A stretch of 64,000 bases of DNA from Chiloscyllium plagiosum (Eukaryota): contig NC_057749.1 of the NCBI RefSeq assembly GCF_004010195.1, positions 11,451,540-11,515,539 on the forward strand. Direction: 5' to 3'. Below the pieces are notes generated by a model. The model had not been told where the DNA came from, ran no database searches, and saw nothing but the letters and a program-made list of their open reading frames with translations. Shown here piece after piece: positions 1 to 11,250 of the stretch. The first letter of the stretch is position 1; each line of letters begins with the position of its first letter. The position numbers were made by a program, and so were the translations under genes.

Positions 1-1830
1 TGAGTTGTCAGCTGTGCTTTACTATCTGATAATATACACCCATGAATAATTATATTTGGTTTCAGAAACCAAAGATTTTTGCTACGTCTTTTGAGCAGCT
101 GTGCTCTCCTCTGGAGCTGTTTCCTATCCTGAAGGAAGGAAATGCTCAGGGAAGCAGAAGGACACTGATAAGAAAATCTGCCAGTGTTACAATCATACTT
201 TATTACTTTAAACCTCTTAAGTAGAGAAACTAAACTTGGAAGCAGGTTGGCGGGTTGGGGGCTTTCAATGTTCTTAATGTAAATATTTTGAATGCTAACT
301 TTGTCCAATCTATAATCTGCCTTTGTAGAACCACAAAGTAGTGGCTACATTGTTATCAGAAAATGCCTTCAAGGCCGCTTTTGTTGGAGACTGCTGATAA
401 CTTTGTTAATTATTTGTTTGAGATATGTGACAGGGTGATGTGGGAGTGGTGCCTTTTCAAAGGCACTTCAACTGCATCCAAAAGAGACCCTTCTGCAAAT
501 GTTATCATTCTTAATCTTCTGAATCATCAATATTAGTGCATGTCTTTAAGGCATTCTGGATAAAAATGATACATTGAGTTTTTTGTTCACTTTTGATTCC
601 ACAATTTTTCAGCAAAATAATTTTCTTGTCTTTCAACTGTCTTTTCATTGCTTTGCATAATTAAAAGGTTATGTACTGAATTTAGAGATTATAACTTTCT
701 GACAAACTCTAATGTTGTATATGTAAGCAACTGTTCCTGTGATTAAAACAAGTCTTTTATAACTGGGTTACATTAATATCTCTGGTGGGTAGAGTTTTGT
801 ATTTAATTTTATCAAATTGGTTACTAGCCTGCACCTCTGAAGTGGGGATCCATGTGTTGCATGTGTCATAAAAAAAGTTTATATACCCAAAGCTCTTCTC
901 AGTCAACCAGTTTACTTCCTGTAATTTTTTAAATATTCATTAATTGCATGGGGCATCACTGAGCCAGTAAATATTACCTTTCCCATTCCTGTAAGCTACT
1001 GGAGAAAATTGGCTGATAAAGCTTTTCACAGTAACGATAAGTAAGGTTAACATTCTTGGAGTTATGTAGTGGAGTTACACAGGGTTGGGTTGTGCTGTGT
1101 TGTCAACATAGTTGCACATAAAAGATTACCATGCAGATTCAGCCTTTTCAACCCCACCCCTTGTCTGAGGCACGGTGCCCCGCAGGTTAAATTTGCCACC
1201 AGTAATCTTTTTCTAATGAGTGAACAGTCCTCTGGGACTGTGGCAACTTAATCTGACCTTTTGACATTTTTTTTACTCTTTTTAGTGCTGACATTTGCTT
1301 TCAGGTCATCTACAGAGAATGTCTACTAAGATACCAGATCAGGTGGAAAGTTTATTATCTTTGCTTGCCTAAGATAAAAGGCAAAGGTATATGCCAAGTC
1401 CTTAGTTGCTTAATGGTGACGATGCCACGCTAGAGTTCCGTTCTGAAGAAAGATGACAGCAAATGGACAGTCTCATTTGGTAATTATCATCAGAAAGAGA
1501 CAGTCATGGTCCAGGATGTGGCCATATATCTCATTGATAGTGTGACATTGGATGTTAATGAAAGCCTCCTGTATCTTAGCTTCACAGTCACCAGCAGTCT
1601 GTCTTGATGTTGAAATCTACATTTGTACAGCAAAAGCGGCAGCTGTCATGACCATACAGTAAGATGGTACGGAACAACTGCGACCTGACAGAACACCAAA
1701 CTTCACATCCACTAACCCATCTTAAAAGATTTCTCTACGGTAGTAAAGCCAAGAGACCACATGCTCGGCAGAAGGAAAGGCTGAATAATTTCAACTTTCT
1801 CTTTATCTCAGATGTGTCCTTTGTGTCTCT

Positions 1831-1928
1831 TCTTCCTGAAGAAGGGCTAATGCCCGAAACGTCGATTCTCCTGTTCCCTAGATGCTGCCTGACCTGCTGC
1901 GCTTCTCCAGCAACACATTTCCATCTCT
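1831..1928 (+). mobile_element. PLE pLTR fragment, family A, with intact hammerhead core and truncated 3' end
   Basis: Near-identical to 4665-4790 and 5565-5692, which flank a PLE RT remnant. Confidence 0.8.
1836..1863 (+). ncRNA. Minimal type-I hammerhead ribozyme core (family A)
   Basis: CTGAAGA-A-GGGC-TAAT-GCCC-GAAAC-GTC: conserved core, 4-bp stem II, palindromic ACGT stem III, GUC cleavage triplet. Stem I is weak (about 2 bp). Confidence 0.65.
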
Positions 1929-2219
1929 TTGGCAAGACAATGGCTCTAATTCGGAGCCCCGGAACCTACTCCTTGCTACTTGGGATGGCTCAAATGTACT
2001 TATCAATGGGCAATAGGATGTTTATCCAGTACCTTCTGTGACATGATTTGTTCACGAGGTCACAGCATTTTTGGGAGTCCCACCCTTCACAAGGATACCA
2101 ATAAGTGAAATGTGAAGGTGGCTAACTTTGCTATAGATACCTGACTTTTTGAAGCTAACTGTTTGGAAGGGCAGTGGAAAAGGCAAGCAGAAATAAAAGG
2201 CTCATCAGTCCTCTAAGAA

Positions 2220-2338
2220 GAGAAAGTGAGGACTGCAGATGCTGGAGATCAGAGATGGAAATGTGTTGCTGGAAAAGCGCAGCAGGTCAGGCAGCATCTA
2301 GGGAACAGGAGAATCGACGTTTCGGGCATTAGCCCTTC
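2220..2338 (-). mobile_element. PLE pLTR fragment, family A, complete 3' end but truncated within the hammerhead
   Basis: Reverse complement of the family A pLTR; stops before CTGA. Confidence 0.8.
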
Positions 2339-4275
2339 GAAGAGAGGCCAGCAAGTCTGGAACCTTATCAATCTGTTTTCCTAGATACCAAATATGGCAA
2401 AAATTGCCATACCAGAGTGGGACTGCTGAACCATTCAGGCAATGCTTTGCACAGAGTTGTGACCACTATGATTGTAAAAAAAAAAACCATTGTCTTATAA
2501 GACAGTGACAGCAAATTGTGTTTTTTTTTAAAGCAAAAGTAGTTGAAAGAAAGAGTAAACTCTTCAGTTACATTATGGTATATTGAGTTAACAGAATTGA
2601 TAATTTTGATTAAAAACTGTATGGTGTTTTTCTGTTGCAATAAGTACAAAAGAAGTATTATAAAATCCTTGTGTTGATAAAGTACTGTGAATTCTGCAGA
2701 AGATTTATAGAGTGATCGACTTTGATAGTATAATGTTTAGTATTTTAAATCTCTAGTTAATATTGAATGGAAGCTGTTGCTTATATGTGGTTACTGTATT
2801 TACAGAGAATAAAATTATAGTGATTAATATATTTAGAAATATTTTGATAAGTCATTTCATGTGGCTAATAGGAAAGATGGAATTTGGGTTGCTACGGGAA
2901 CATGAGTGACATTATTAAAGGAGATAGAGCAGGTTATTAATGAGAGAATAAGATTAGTATAATTGAAACTGAAAACATGAAACTTGAGGTTCCATTGTTG
3001 AACTTGTTTGTCAAATGGGACATTGTCTTTGATGGTCTCTAACTATGCCTGTGCAGGAGAATCTTACTGTTGTTTATGGAACTACTGTTAGAATGCAGCG
3101 GGGGGATGGGAATCTGAATTGTAGAGCCGGAGTACAGGAGGTTCAGCGTAGTGAGGTCAGGGATAGGTTTACAAGGTTGTGAGGGGGCACCGGCAATCAG
3201 GATGTTGGTTTGAAATGTGCATACTTCAATACCAGGAGTATCAGAATAAGGTGGGTGAACTTGCAGCAAGGATTAGTACCTGTGATTTCGATGTTGTGGC
3301 CACTTCAGAGACATGGCTAGAGAAGGGACAGGAATGGTTGTTGCAGATTCTGGCATTTAGATGTTTCAGCAAGCACAGAGAAGATGGTAAAAAAGGCAAG
3401 GGAATGGCATTATTAATCAAGGGTAGTATTACAGCAGCTGAGATAACATTTGAGGACTAATCCACTGAGGTAGTTTGGGCTGAGGTTACAAACAGGCACG
3501 GAGAGTCACCCTGTTGGGAGTTTTCTATAGGCCTCTGAATTGTTCCAGGGATGTAGAGGAAAAGATAACAAAGATGATTCTTGATAGAAGTGAGATAACA
3601 AGGTAGTTGTTATGGGGGACTTTAACTTCGGCAATATTGACTGGGAATACAATAGTTCAAGTAGTTTAGGTGGGGCAGGAGGGTTTCTGACACAGTATGT
3701 AGACAGGCAAACAAGGGGTGATGCCATATTGGATTGAGTACTGAGGAATGAACTCGGCCAGGTGGTAGATTTGGCGATAGGTGAGCATCTTGGCAATAGT
3801 GGCCATATTCCGGTTATGTTTACCATAGCAATGGGCAGGGATAGGTATATACCACAGGGAAAGAGGTATAATTGGGGAAAGGCAATTATGATGCAATGAG
3901 ACAAGATTTAGGATGGGGAAGGAAACTGCAGGGGATGGTGCAATTGAAATGTGCAACTTATTCAAAGAACAGCTGCTGCATATCCTTGATAAGTATATAG
4001 CTGTCAGGCAGGGAGGTAGTTGTTGAGAAAGGAGGCCATAGTTTGCTAAAGAAGTTGAAGCGCTTCTCCAGAGGCAGAGGAAGGCTTATGTGAGGATGAG
4101 GGGTGAAGGCTCAGTTAGGGGCCTTGCGAGTTATAAGTTAGCCAGAAAAGATCTAAAGAGAGGGCTAAGAAGAGCCAGGAGGGGACATGAGAAGTTGTTG
4201 GCGGATAGCATTAAGGAAAACCCAAGGCCTTCGAAAGGTATATTAGGAATAAAAGAATGGCCCTAATCTTAGTCA

Positions 4276-4480
4276 AGGAGAAAGTGAGGACTGCAGATGC
4301 TGGAGATCAGAGTCGAGGGTGTGTTGTTGGGAAAGCGCAGCAGGCTAGGTAGCAGCCTGAGGAGCAGGAGAATCGATGTTTTGGGCATAAGCCATTCCTG
4401 ATGAAGGGCTTATGCCTGAAATGTCGATTCTGCTGCTCCTCGGATGCTACCTGACCTGTGCTTTCCCAGCAACACACCAT
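4276..4480. mobile_element. Palindromic family A pLTR insertion with a hammerhead core at 4398-4425 (+)
   Basis: Left arm 4276-4393 is the reverse complement of the pLTR and right arm 4394-4480 is forward. Core CTGATGAAGGGCTTATGCCTGAAATGTC shows CpG decay. Confidence 0.8.
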
Positions 4481-4665
4481 CTAACCTTATTCCAGTCAAT
4501 CAAAGATAGTAGTGGAAAGTTGTGTGTGGAATCTGAGGACATAGGGGAAGTGCTTAATGAATACTTTTAGTCAGTATTCATGTTGGAAAAGGACCATGTT
4601 AGTGAGAATATGGAGATACAGGCTACAAGATTAGATGGGATCGAGGTTGACAAAGAGGTGGTTTC

Positions 4666-4693
4666 CTGAAGAAGGGCTTATGCCCGAAACGTC
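4666..4693 (+). ncRNA. Minimal type-I hammerhead ribozyme core (5' pLTR)
   Basis: CTGAAGAAGGGCTTATGCCCGAAACGTC. Confidence 0.68.
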
Positions 4694-5016
4694 GATTCTC
4701 CTGTTCCTTGGATGCTGCCTGACCTGTGCTTTTCCAGCAACACATTTTCAGCTCTGATCTCCAGCATCTGCAGTCCTCACTTTCTCCTCGAATATTTTAA
4801 CCTACTGCGAATCCTCATACAAGGATACCTTCCTTGAAGAAGCTCTCTTCCTCCCTCTACAAGGATTTCAGTGAGTCCCTCTCTCACTGCACTCCCCAGG
4901 TCATCTCCTCTGCACAGAAGCTCTTCAGCCACGTTCTCAAACAGACTCGCTACCACAGCCACATCTTCCTCAGCACCTGCCTACGGAACTGACTGATCCC
5001 GCACGGACTCCGGACT

Positions 5017-5545
5017 ATGTTCCGACCAACAAAATTTGGACCCAACCGGGACAACCAGTACCTACAACAAATCCGAAGCCTCCAGCAACAGACCTCCCTC
5101 TGGATCCTTCACTCCATGCTTGCAGCCATGCGGCGCTACCTACATTCCCTGCAATTAGACCTACCCCAGCTCAGGGCAACACACTCACATGCCTGTAAAG
5201 GACCTCAGCTGTTCTTCATCCACAGAAGAATCCATACACTAAATAAACAGTTCTTCCTAGCCATATCGGAAATTAAAGACAGTAAGTACCAAAAACTTTC
5301 ATGTACTTACCCCCACACTCTGGGTTCCTCAACTGTTCCAGAATCATCCATCGGCCTCCGAAATCGTTCCAGCTCTGCCTGCCTTTTCGTAGGATATGTG
5401 GAACAGTCCATCTTCCGCAGATACACTGGCACCACCCCCCACCTTTTCCTCCGCTACATCGATGACTCTATCGGCGCTGCCTCGTGCTCCCACGAGGAGG
5501 TTGAACAGTTCATCCACTTTACCAACACCTTCCACCCCGACATCA
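5017..5545 (+). pseudogene. PLE ORF remnant: N-terminal region fused in frame to an RT core fragment
   Basis: ORF 5017..5661 contains ACLFVGYVEQSIF...FLRYIDDSIG...FIHFTNTFHPDIK (PLE RT, YIDD motif). Most of the RT and the GIY-YIG domain are missing. Confidence 0.85.
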
Positions 5546-5566
5546 AAAAAAAGACTTTCCTCATTC

Positions 5567-5594
5567 CTGAAGAAGGGCTTATGCCCGAAACGTC
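5567..5594 (+). ncRNA. Minimal type-I hammerhead ribozyme core (3' pLTR)
   Basis: CTGAAGAAGGGCTTATGCCCGAAACGTC, identical to 4666-4693. Confidence 0.68.
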
Positions 5595-7229
5595 GATTCT
5601 CCTGTTCCTTGGATGCTGCCTGACCTGCTGCGCTTTTCCAGCAACACATTTTCAGCTCTGATCTCCAGCATCTGCAGTCCTCACTTTCTCTCCAAAGAGG
5701 AGGTTTTAGCAATTTTGGAAGATCTGAAAATAGATAAGATCCTGGGGCTGGATGGGATTTATCGTTTGATCCAGCAAGCCTTACTTTGATTGTGGATAAG
5801 GTGTTGGAAAGGGTTATAAGAGCGGATTTATCATCTTCTGGAAAAGAATAATTTGATTAGGGATAGTCAGTGTGGTTTTGTGAAGGGTAGATTGTACTTC
5901 ACTAACGTTATTGAGTTTTTTGAGAAGGTGACAAAACAGATGAATAAAGGTAAGGTGGTTGATGTGGTATATATGGACTTCAATAAGGCATTTAAGGTTT
6001 CACAAGGTAGGCTATTGCACAAAAGGAGGAGTTTCAGGATTGAAGGTTATTTAGTGGTTTGGATCAGAAATTGGCTCGCTGAAAGAATACAGGGTTGGTT
6101 GATGGGAAATGTTTATCCTGGAACTCAGTTACCGGTGGTGTGCCACAAAGATCTGTTTTGGGACCACTGCTGTTTTTATAAATGATCTGCATGTGAGTGT
6201 AGAAGGATGGTTAGTAAATTTGTAGATGACACCAAGGTAGGCAGAGTTGTGCGCAGTACTGAAGGATGTTGTGGGTTACAGAGGAACATCGATAAGATGC
6301 AGAGCTGCGTGGAGAAGTGGCAAATTGAGTTTAATGTGGAAAAGTGTGAGGTAGTTTGCTTCGCAAGAAATAACAGGAATGCGGAGTAGTGGGCTAATGG
6401 TAAAATTCTTTGACAGTGTAGGTGAACAGAGAGATCTATGTCCAGGTGCATAAATCTCTGAAAGTTGCGACCCAGATTGATAGGGTTGTTAAGAATGCCT
6501 ATGGTATGTTGGAGATTATTGGTAGGGGGGGGGGGGTTGAGTTTCAGAGCCACGAGGTCATAAGGCTGCACCTGGAGTATTGCATATAATTCTGGTCACC
6601 ACATTATAGGAAGGATGTGGAAGCTTTGGAAAGGGTTCAGATGAGATTTAGTAGAATGTTGCCTGGTATGGAAGGAAGGTCTTACGAGGAAAGGCTTAGG
6701 GAACTGAGACTATTTTTGTTGGAGAGAAGAAGGTTGAGAGATAACTTAATCAAGTCATATAATCGGGGGTTAAATAGGGTTGACAGGTGAGAGCCTTTTT
6801 CCTCAGATGCTGAAGGCTAACATGAGAAGTAGCTTTAAATTGAGGCATGATAGATTTAGGACAGATATTAGGGGTAGTGTCTTTACTCAGTAGTAGGGGG
6901 CATGGAACAGTCATAAACTTGCCAACGTTAAGGGCGTTTAAACGGGCATCGGACATACATAGGGATAATAATGGAACGTTGTAGTTTAGATGGGCATCAG
7001 ATTAATTTCACAGGTCAGCGCAATATCGAGGGCTGAAGGGCCTGTACTGGACTGTTATGTTCTATATCTCCTCACCTAAAGTCAAGGTTTGCGTTCCTAT
7101 AAATTGATTTAAATTTAAGCATTGATTTCCAGCATCTGCAAAAAGAAAAAGAGCTCATGTTTGAGGTGTATGACGTTTTGAGTTTTCATGAAAGTCATCA
7201 ACATGAAATGTTGACTCTTTCTTTCCACA

Positions 7230-7433
7230 ATTTGGAGATGCCGGTGTTGGACTCGGGTGTACAAGGTTAAAAATCACACAATACCAGGTTATAGTCCATC
7301 AGGTTTATTTGGAAGCATTAGCTTTTGGAGCACTGCTCCTTCATTGCACTACCTGACGAAGGAGCATCGCTCTGAAAACTAGTACTTCCAAATAAACTTG
7401 TTGGGCTATAACCTGGTGTTGTGTGATTTTTAA
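7230..7433. mobile_element. Palindromic short element, family B, with a hammerhead-like core at ~7353-7382
   Basis: Arms ~7267-7344 and ~7352-7433 are inverted repeats. Core CTGACGA-A-GGAGC-ATC-GCTCT-GAAA. TSD CTTTC(C/T)ACA at 7221-7229 and 7434-7442. Second copy at 43598-43817. Confidence 0.75.
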
Positions 7434-8844
7434 CTTTCTACAGTTGTTATTGGATCTGCTGAATTTATCCAGCTTTCTTTCATTCATATTTCAGGTTTCC
7501 AGCACCTGCAATTTTTGCTTTTGTTTTATTGTAGGCATGGAGGGATCATGGTGTGCAAGGAGCCACTCAGTCTTGAGCTTACAACCTTTCCTGCATAAAC
7601 TACTTTTATGAGCATTTGAGTTACTGATGTTACATATTTTTATTATTTCAATTAAGATGAGATTTGTTATTCTGAGTTCTCTTGCTCTTGGATGCCCAAG
7701 AATAACACATTACATTAAAAACACTGTTTAAATACAATGAAACTCCTTGCGATGGTTTACAGGCACATTGTGAAACAAAGGCAACAAATGACAGTTTTAA
7801 GTCAGCTCACTGAAAACTGAATCAGAGGTGAGGCTTAAGGATTTTCAACAGGAACTAGTGAGCTAGAGAGGCAAGAGTCATAGAGCTTTTTATTCCAGAG
7901 GTTGGGCATGATTGGAACTGAAGGTGTGGCTGCTTGTGGAGCAATTACATTTGAAAGGTGTTGAAGGAGCGGTGGCAAGTTCCTGTAGTACATTTTTTTT
8001 TCTTATTCATTCGAGGGATGTGGATGTCATTGGCTGGCCAGCATTTTTTATTGCTGTCTCTAGTTTGTTTTGAGAAATTGGTTATGAGCTGCCTTCTTAA
8101 ACTGCTGCAGTCTGTGTGCTGTGGGTTGACCCACAGTGCCCTTGAGGGGTTTTCAGGAATTTGATGCAAAACAGTGAAGGAACAATAATATATTTTGAAA
8201 TCAAGATGGTAAGTGGCTTGGAAGGGAACTTGTAGATGGTAGTGTTCCCATGTATGTGCTGGAAGCCCTTGTTCTTCTTGATGGAAGTGGTCATGGGTTT
8301 GGAAGGTGCTGTCTGAGGATCTTTGGTGAATTTTTGCAGTGTATCTTGTAGATAGTAGTACATATTTCTGCAACTGAACATCGGTGGAGGAGGGAATGGA
8401 TGCTGTGGATGTGGTGTCAATCAAGAGGGCTGCTTTGTTGTGGATGGTGACCAGCTTCCTGAGTGGTGTTGGAGCTACACTTATCCAGGGGAGTATTCCA
8501 TCACATTTGTGACATGTGCCTTGTAGATGATGGTCAAACTTTGGGGAGTCAGGCGGTGAGTTGTATTGCCACAGTATTCCTAGCCCCTGACCTGCTGTTG
8601 TGGCCTCTGTTTATATGGCAAGTCCAGTTCAGTTTCTGTTCGGTGGTAACCCTGTGATTTGGCTGTTTATGCTGCAAAGCCATGTAATTGTTCCATGGGC
8701 AATACCTTGAATAATCAAAGTTCAATTGCCAACTAGTTAATATTCTTTTCTCTTACAATATAACTTATTATTTACTTTGAGATCCAGTGTTCTTGCCATA
8801 TTGTCCTGATGAGTGCAAGACAAAAATCCTTGAGTGCAGTAATA

Positions 8845-8975
8845 GTAAATAAAGCAAAACTGGAAATTGCTGGAGAGCATGCTGATGAAGGGTCACTGGA
8901 CCCGAAACACTGACTCTTCTTTCTCCACTACCAGACCTGCTGAGTGCTCCAGCAGTTTCTGTATTTATTTCAGCT
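8845..8975 (+). mobile_element. Older pLTR-like short element, family D, with a decayed hammerhead at 8882-8912
   Basis: CTGATGA-A-GGGTC-ACTG-GACCC-GAAAC, then CCAGACCTGCTGAGT...CCAGCA. Related degenerate copies at ~7120-7520, ~13010-13215, ~27935-28140, ~37630-37770 and ~58555-58620. Confidence 0.6.
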
Positions 8976-9051
8976 TTGACTACAGGTTTGTTTTTACTGA
9001 TCATTGATCTCCAGAATGTTAATAGTGAGAGTTTCAGAAATGATCTTTTTA

Positions 9052-9353
9052 AATGGATGCAAGTTTGCTCGCTGAGCTGGAAGGTTCATTTTCTGATGTT
9101 TTATCACCATACTAGATAACATCAGTGAGCCTGTAATGAAACACTGGTGACATCACCACAGGAAATGACATCACCAATACAAGGAAGCCTAAACACAAAT
9201 AGAAAGCGGGTCATTAACACCAGTGCTTCATCGGAGGCTCACTGGTGTCACCTAAAATGATGATGAAATGTCTGAAAATGAACCTTCCAGGTTAGCGAAT
9301 CCAACTTACATCTAGAACCTCAACCTGAGCTACACACCTTCTCAAAACTCACT
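9052..9353. mobile_element. Palindromic family C PLE pLTR insertion (decayed hammerheads)
   Basis: 9052-9132 is the reverse complement of 9235-9312. Homologous to the pLTRs of the GIY-YIG PLE at 53670-54640. Confidence 0.75.
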
Positions 9354-9899
9354 AATGTTAATCTAACCATCTTCCCTGACATTTATCTTGGAGCTGTAGA
9401 TTTCCAGCGCTTGAATGGCATGATTGTTACTTGCTGTTTGTCAACCCAAGTCCAAATGTTGTCTAGATCTTGTAGTATGTTAATATAGGCAGCTTTGTTA
9501 CTTGAGGACTTATAAATGGAAAGCAACACGATGTAATCCTGAGCAAACACACCCACTGCTGACCTTATGGTGGAGGTATGGTTATTGATCAAACGACTGA
9601 ACTAGCCTAAGGAACTCTGCAGCCCTGATCTGGGGTTGCAGTGATGAATGGTTTCCAATAACTAGAACCACCATCTTTTTGTACTGAGAGTTCCCTCTCT
9701 GATTTTATTGAGTTTAACTTCAGCATGGCTCCTTGATGTTACTTAACCAAATGCTGCCTTGGATGTAAGGGAATTGCTCACCCCATGTTTGCATTCAGTT
9801 TTGGAACTCCATGAACGTGGAAGAACTGAAGCTGAGCATCAGAATGCAACTTGTTAGCAAATTCGGTAACCAGTTCTTAATATTACATAAATCCAAGAC

Positions 9900-10030
9900 A
9901 GTTGGGTACACTGTTGTTCATCACTTATATAAACAACTTGGATGAGAATATACAAGGCATGGTGAATAAGTTTGCAGATGACACCAGAATTGCTGATAAT
10001 GTACAGTGAAGAAGGTTATCTAAGAATGGC
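9900..10030 (+). mobile_element. CR1 RT fragment
   Basis: LFITYINNLDENIQGMVNKFADDTRI on manual translation. Confidence 0.7.
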
Positions 10031-10039
10031 AGATGGGTT

Positions 10040-10250
10040 TGGGTTTCTTTGGGTTAGTAATGTCATATAATCATATGACATACAAACATATAAATAGAAA
10101 GCAGGAATTTTCAGCATTGCTTCGCCTGAGGCCCACTGAAGATGTTACCTAGTAGGGTAGTGAAATGTCTGGAAATGAACCTTGCAGCTCAGTGAGCAAA
10201 CCTACATCCAAAACCTCAAACCTGAGCTACACATCTTCTCAAAACTTGCT
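10040..10250 (+). mobile_element. Family C PLE pLTR with hammerhead core at 10136-10169
   Basis: CTGAAGA-T-GTTACCTAGTAGGGTAGT-GAAATGTC; homologous to 54545-54640. Confidence 0.75.
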
Positions 10251-10398
10251 ACCTTGACAGTAATTGTTCTCTCCTGTGCTTGTCAATCTCCACTTGTTAA
10301 AAGGATTGGAGTATGCGCGTGTGTGTATATATATATATTTTGTAATCTGTCTACTCAGATGTTATGTATGTCTGGAGCAGGTGTAACTTGAACCCAGA

Positions 10399-11250
10399 TC
10401 ATAGAGTCATAGAGATGTACAGCACGAAAGAGACCCTTCAGTCCAACTCATCTATGTTGACCAGATATCCTAAATTAATCTAATCCCATTTGCCAGCACT
10501 CAAAACCCTTTTTATATACCGATCCAGATGCTTTCAAATGTTATAATTTACCAGCCTCCACCATCTCTTCTGGCAGCTCATTCCATACCCACACCATGCT
10601 CTGCATGAAAAAGTTGCTCCTCAGGTCTGTTTTATATCTTTCCCTTCTCACCCTAAACCTATACCCTCTGGTTCTGGACTCCCTCACCCCAAGAAAATAC
10701 CTTGTCTATTTGCCCTATCCATACTCATGATTTTATAAACCTTCATAAGGTCTCCCCTCAGCCTCCAATGCTCCAGAGAACACAGCCCCAGTCCATTCAG
10801 CCCCTCCCTGTAACTCAAACCCTCCAACCCCAGCAATGTCCTTGTAAATCTTTTCTGAACCCTTTCAAGTCTCGCAAAATCTTTCTGGTAGGAGGGGGAC
10901 CAGAATTGAATACAATATTCCAACAGTGGCCTGAGCAATGTCCTGTACATCTGTAACGTGACTTCCCAACTCCTACACTCAATATTCTATCCAATGATGG
11001 AAAGCATACCACACTCGTTCTTCACTATTCTATCTATCTGCAGCATCACTTTCAAGGAACTATGAACTGTACTCCAAGGTCTCTTTGTTCAGCAGCACTC
11101 CCCAGGACCTTACTGTTAAGTGTTTAAGTCCTACCCTGATTTGTCTTTCCAAGATGCAACACCTCACATTTATCTAAATTAAACTCTATCTGCCACTTCT
11201 CAGCCCATTGGCCCGTCTGATCAAGATCCTATTGTAATCTGAGGTAACTA
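10399..11250 (-). mobile_element. CR1 LINE 3' fragment
   Basis: ORF YRTLLRPLLEYCIQFWSP..LERVQKRFTR; 3' tail read on + as ATCATAGAGTCATAGAG. Confidence 0.92.

Larger units (their letters stand above)
1310..2500 (+). mobile_element. Decayed RTE-clade (BovB-like) LINE, 3' part of the RT ORF, interrupted by two pLTR fragments
   Basis: Manual translation gives RTE-like motifs: VYxDTRSGGKF..LACLRxKAKV (~1321-1390), LLNGDDATL (a decayed LLYADD, ~1405-1432) and C-terminal GKNCHTRVGLLNHS (~2395-2437). Many stops and frameshifts. Confidence 0.7.
4665..5692 (+). mobile_element. Internally deleted Penelope-like element flanked by two direct-repeat pLTRs
   Basis: Direct repeats 4665-4790 and 5565-5692. 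TSD CAAAGAGG(T/A)GGTTT at 4651-4664 and 5693-5706. Internal ORF carries a PLE-type RT motif. Confidence 0.88.
3040..7065 (+). mobile_element. CR1-clade LINE, 5'-truncated and decayed (end of ORF1 plus ORF2 endonuclease and RT), with nested PLE insertions
   Basis: ORF fragments FDVVATSETWL (AP endonuclease), IRDSQCGFVKGR..VDVVYMDFNKAF and SKFVDDTKVG (RT). CR1-type 3' tail TTATGTTCTAT at ~7055. Confidence 0.92.
7995..9790 (-). mobile_element. L2/CR1-group LINE 3' fragments (7995-8660 and 9385-9790), split by nested insertions
   Basis: ORF 9383..9592 VGVFAQDYIV..LQDLDNIWTWVDKQQV is the RT FADD region. The same 3' tail recurs at ~37990-38200 (+), ~39100-39290 (-) and ~40675-40830 (+). Confidence 0.65.

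Noticed and set aside
42..224. 60-aa ORF with an acceptor-like TTTCAG at ~60-65
   Set aside because: No recognisable protein similarity and no convincing donor site.
1130..1250. Possible ancient SINE remnants (also ~11960-12370, ~13230-13410, ~38770-38850)
   Set aside because: Too degenerate to assign a family or boundaries by eye.
1443..1470. CTGAAGAAAG as another hammerhead
   Set aside because: No stem II or downstream GAAA; it lies within RTE coding sequence.
5017..5661. 214-aa ORF as a functional or domesticated gene
   Set aside because: It is a deletion fusion of PLE fragments that runs into the pLTR; no evidence of function.
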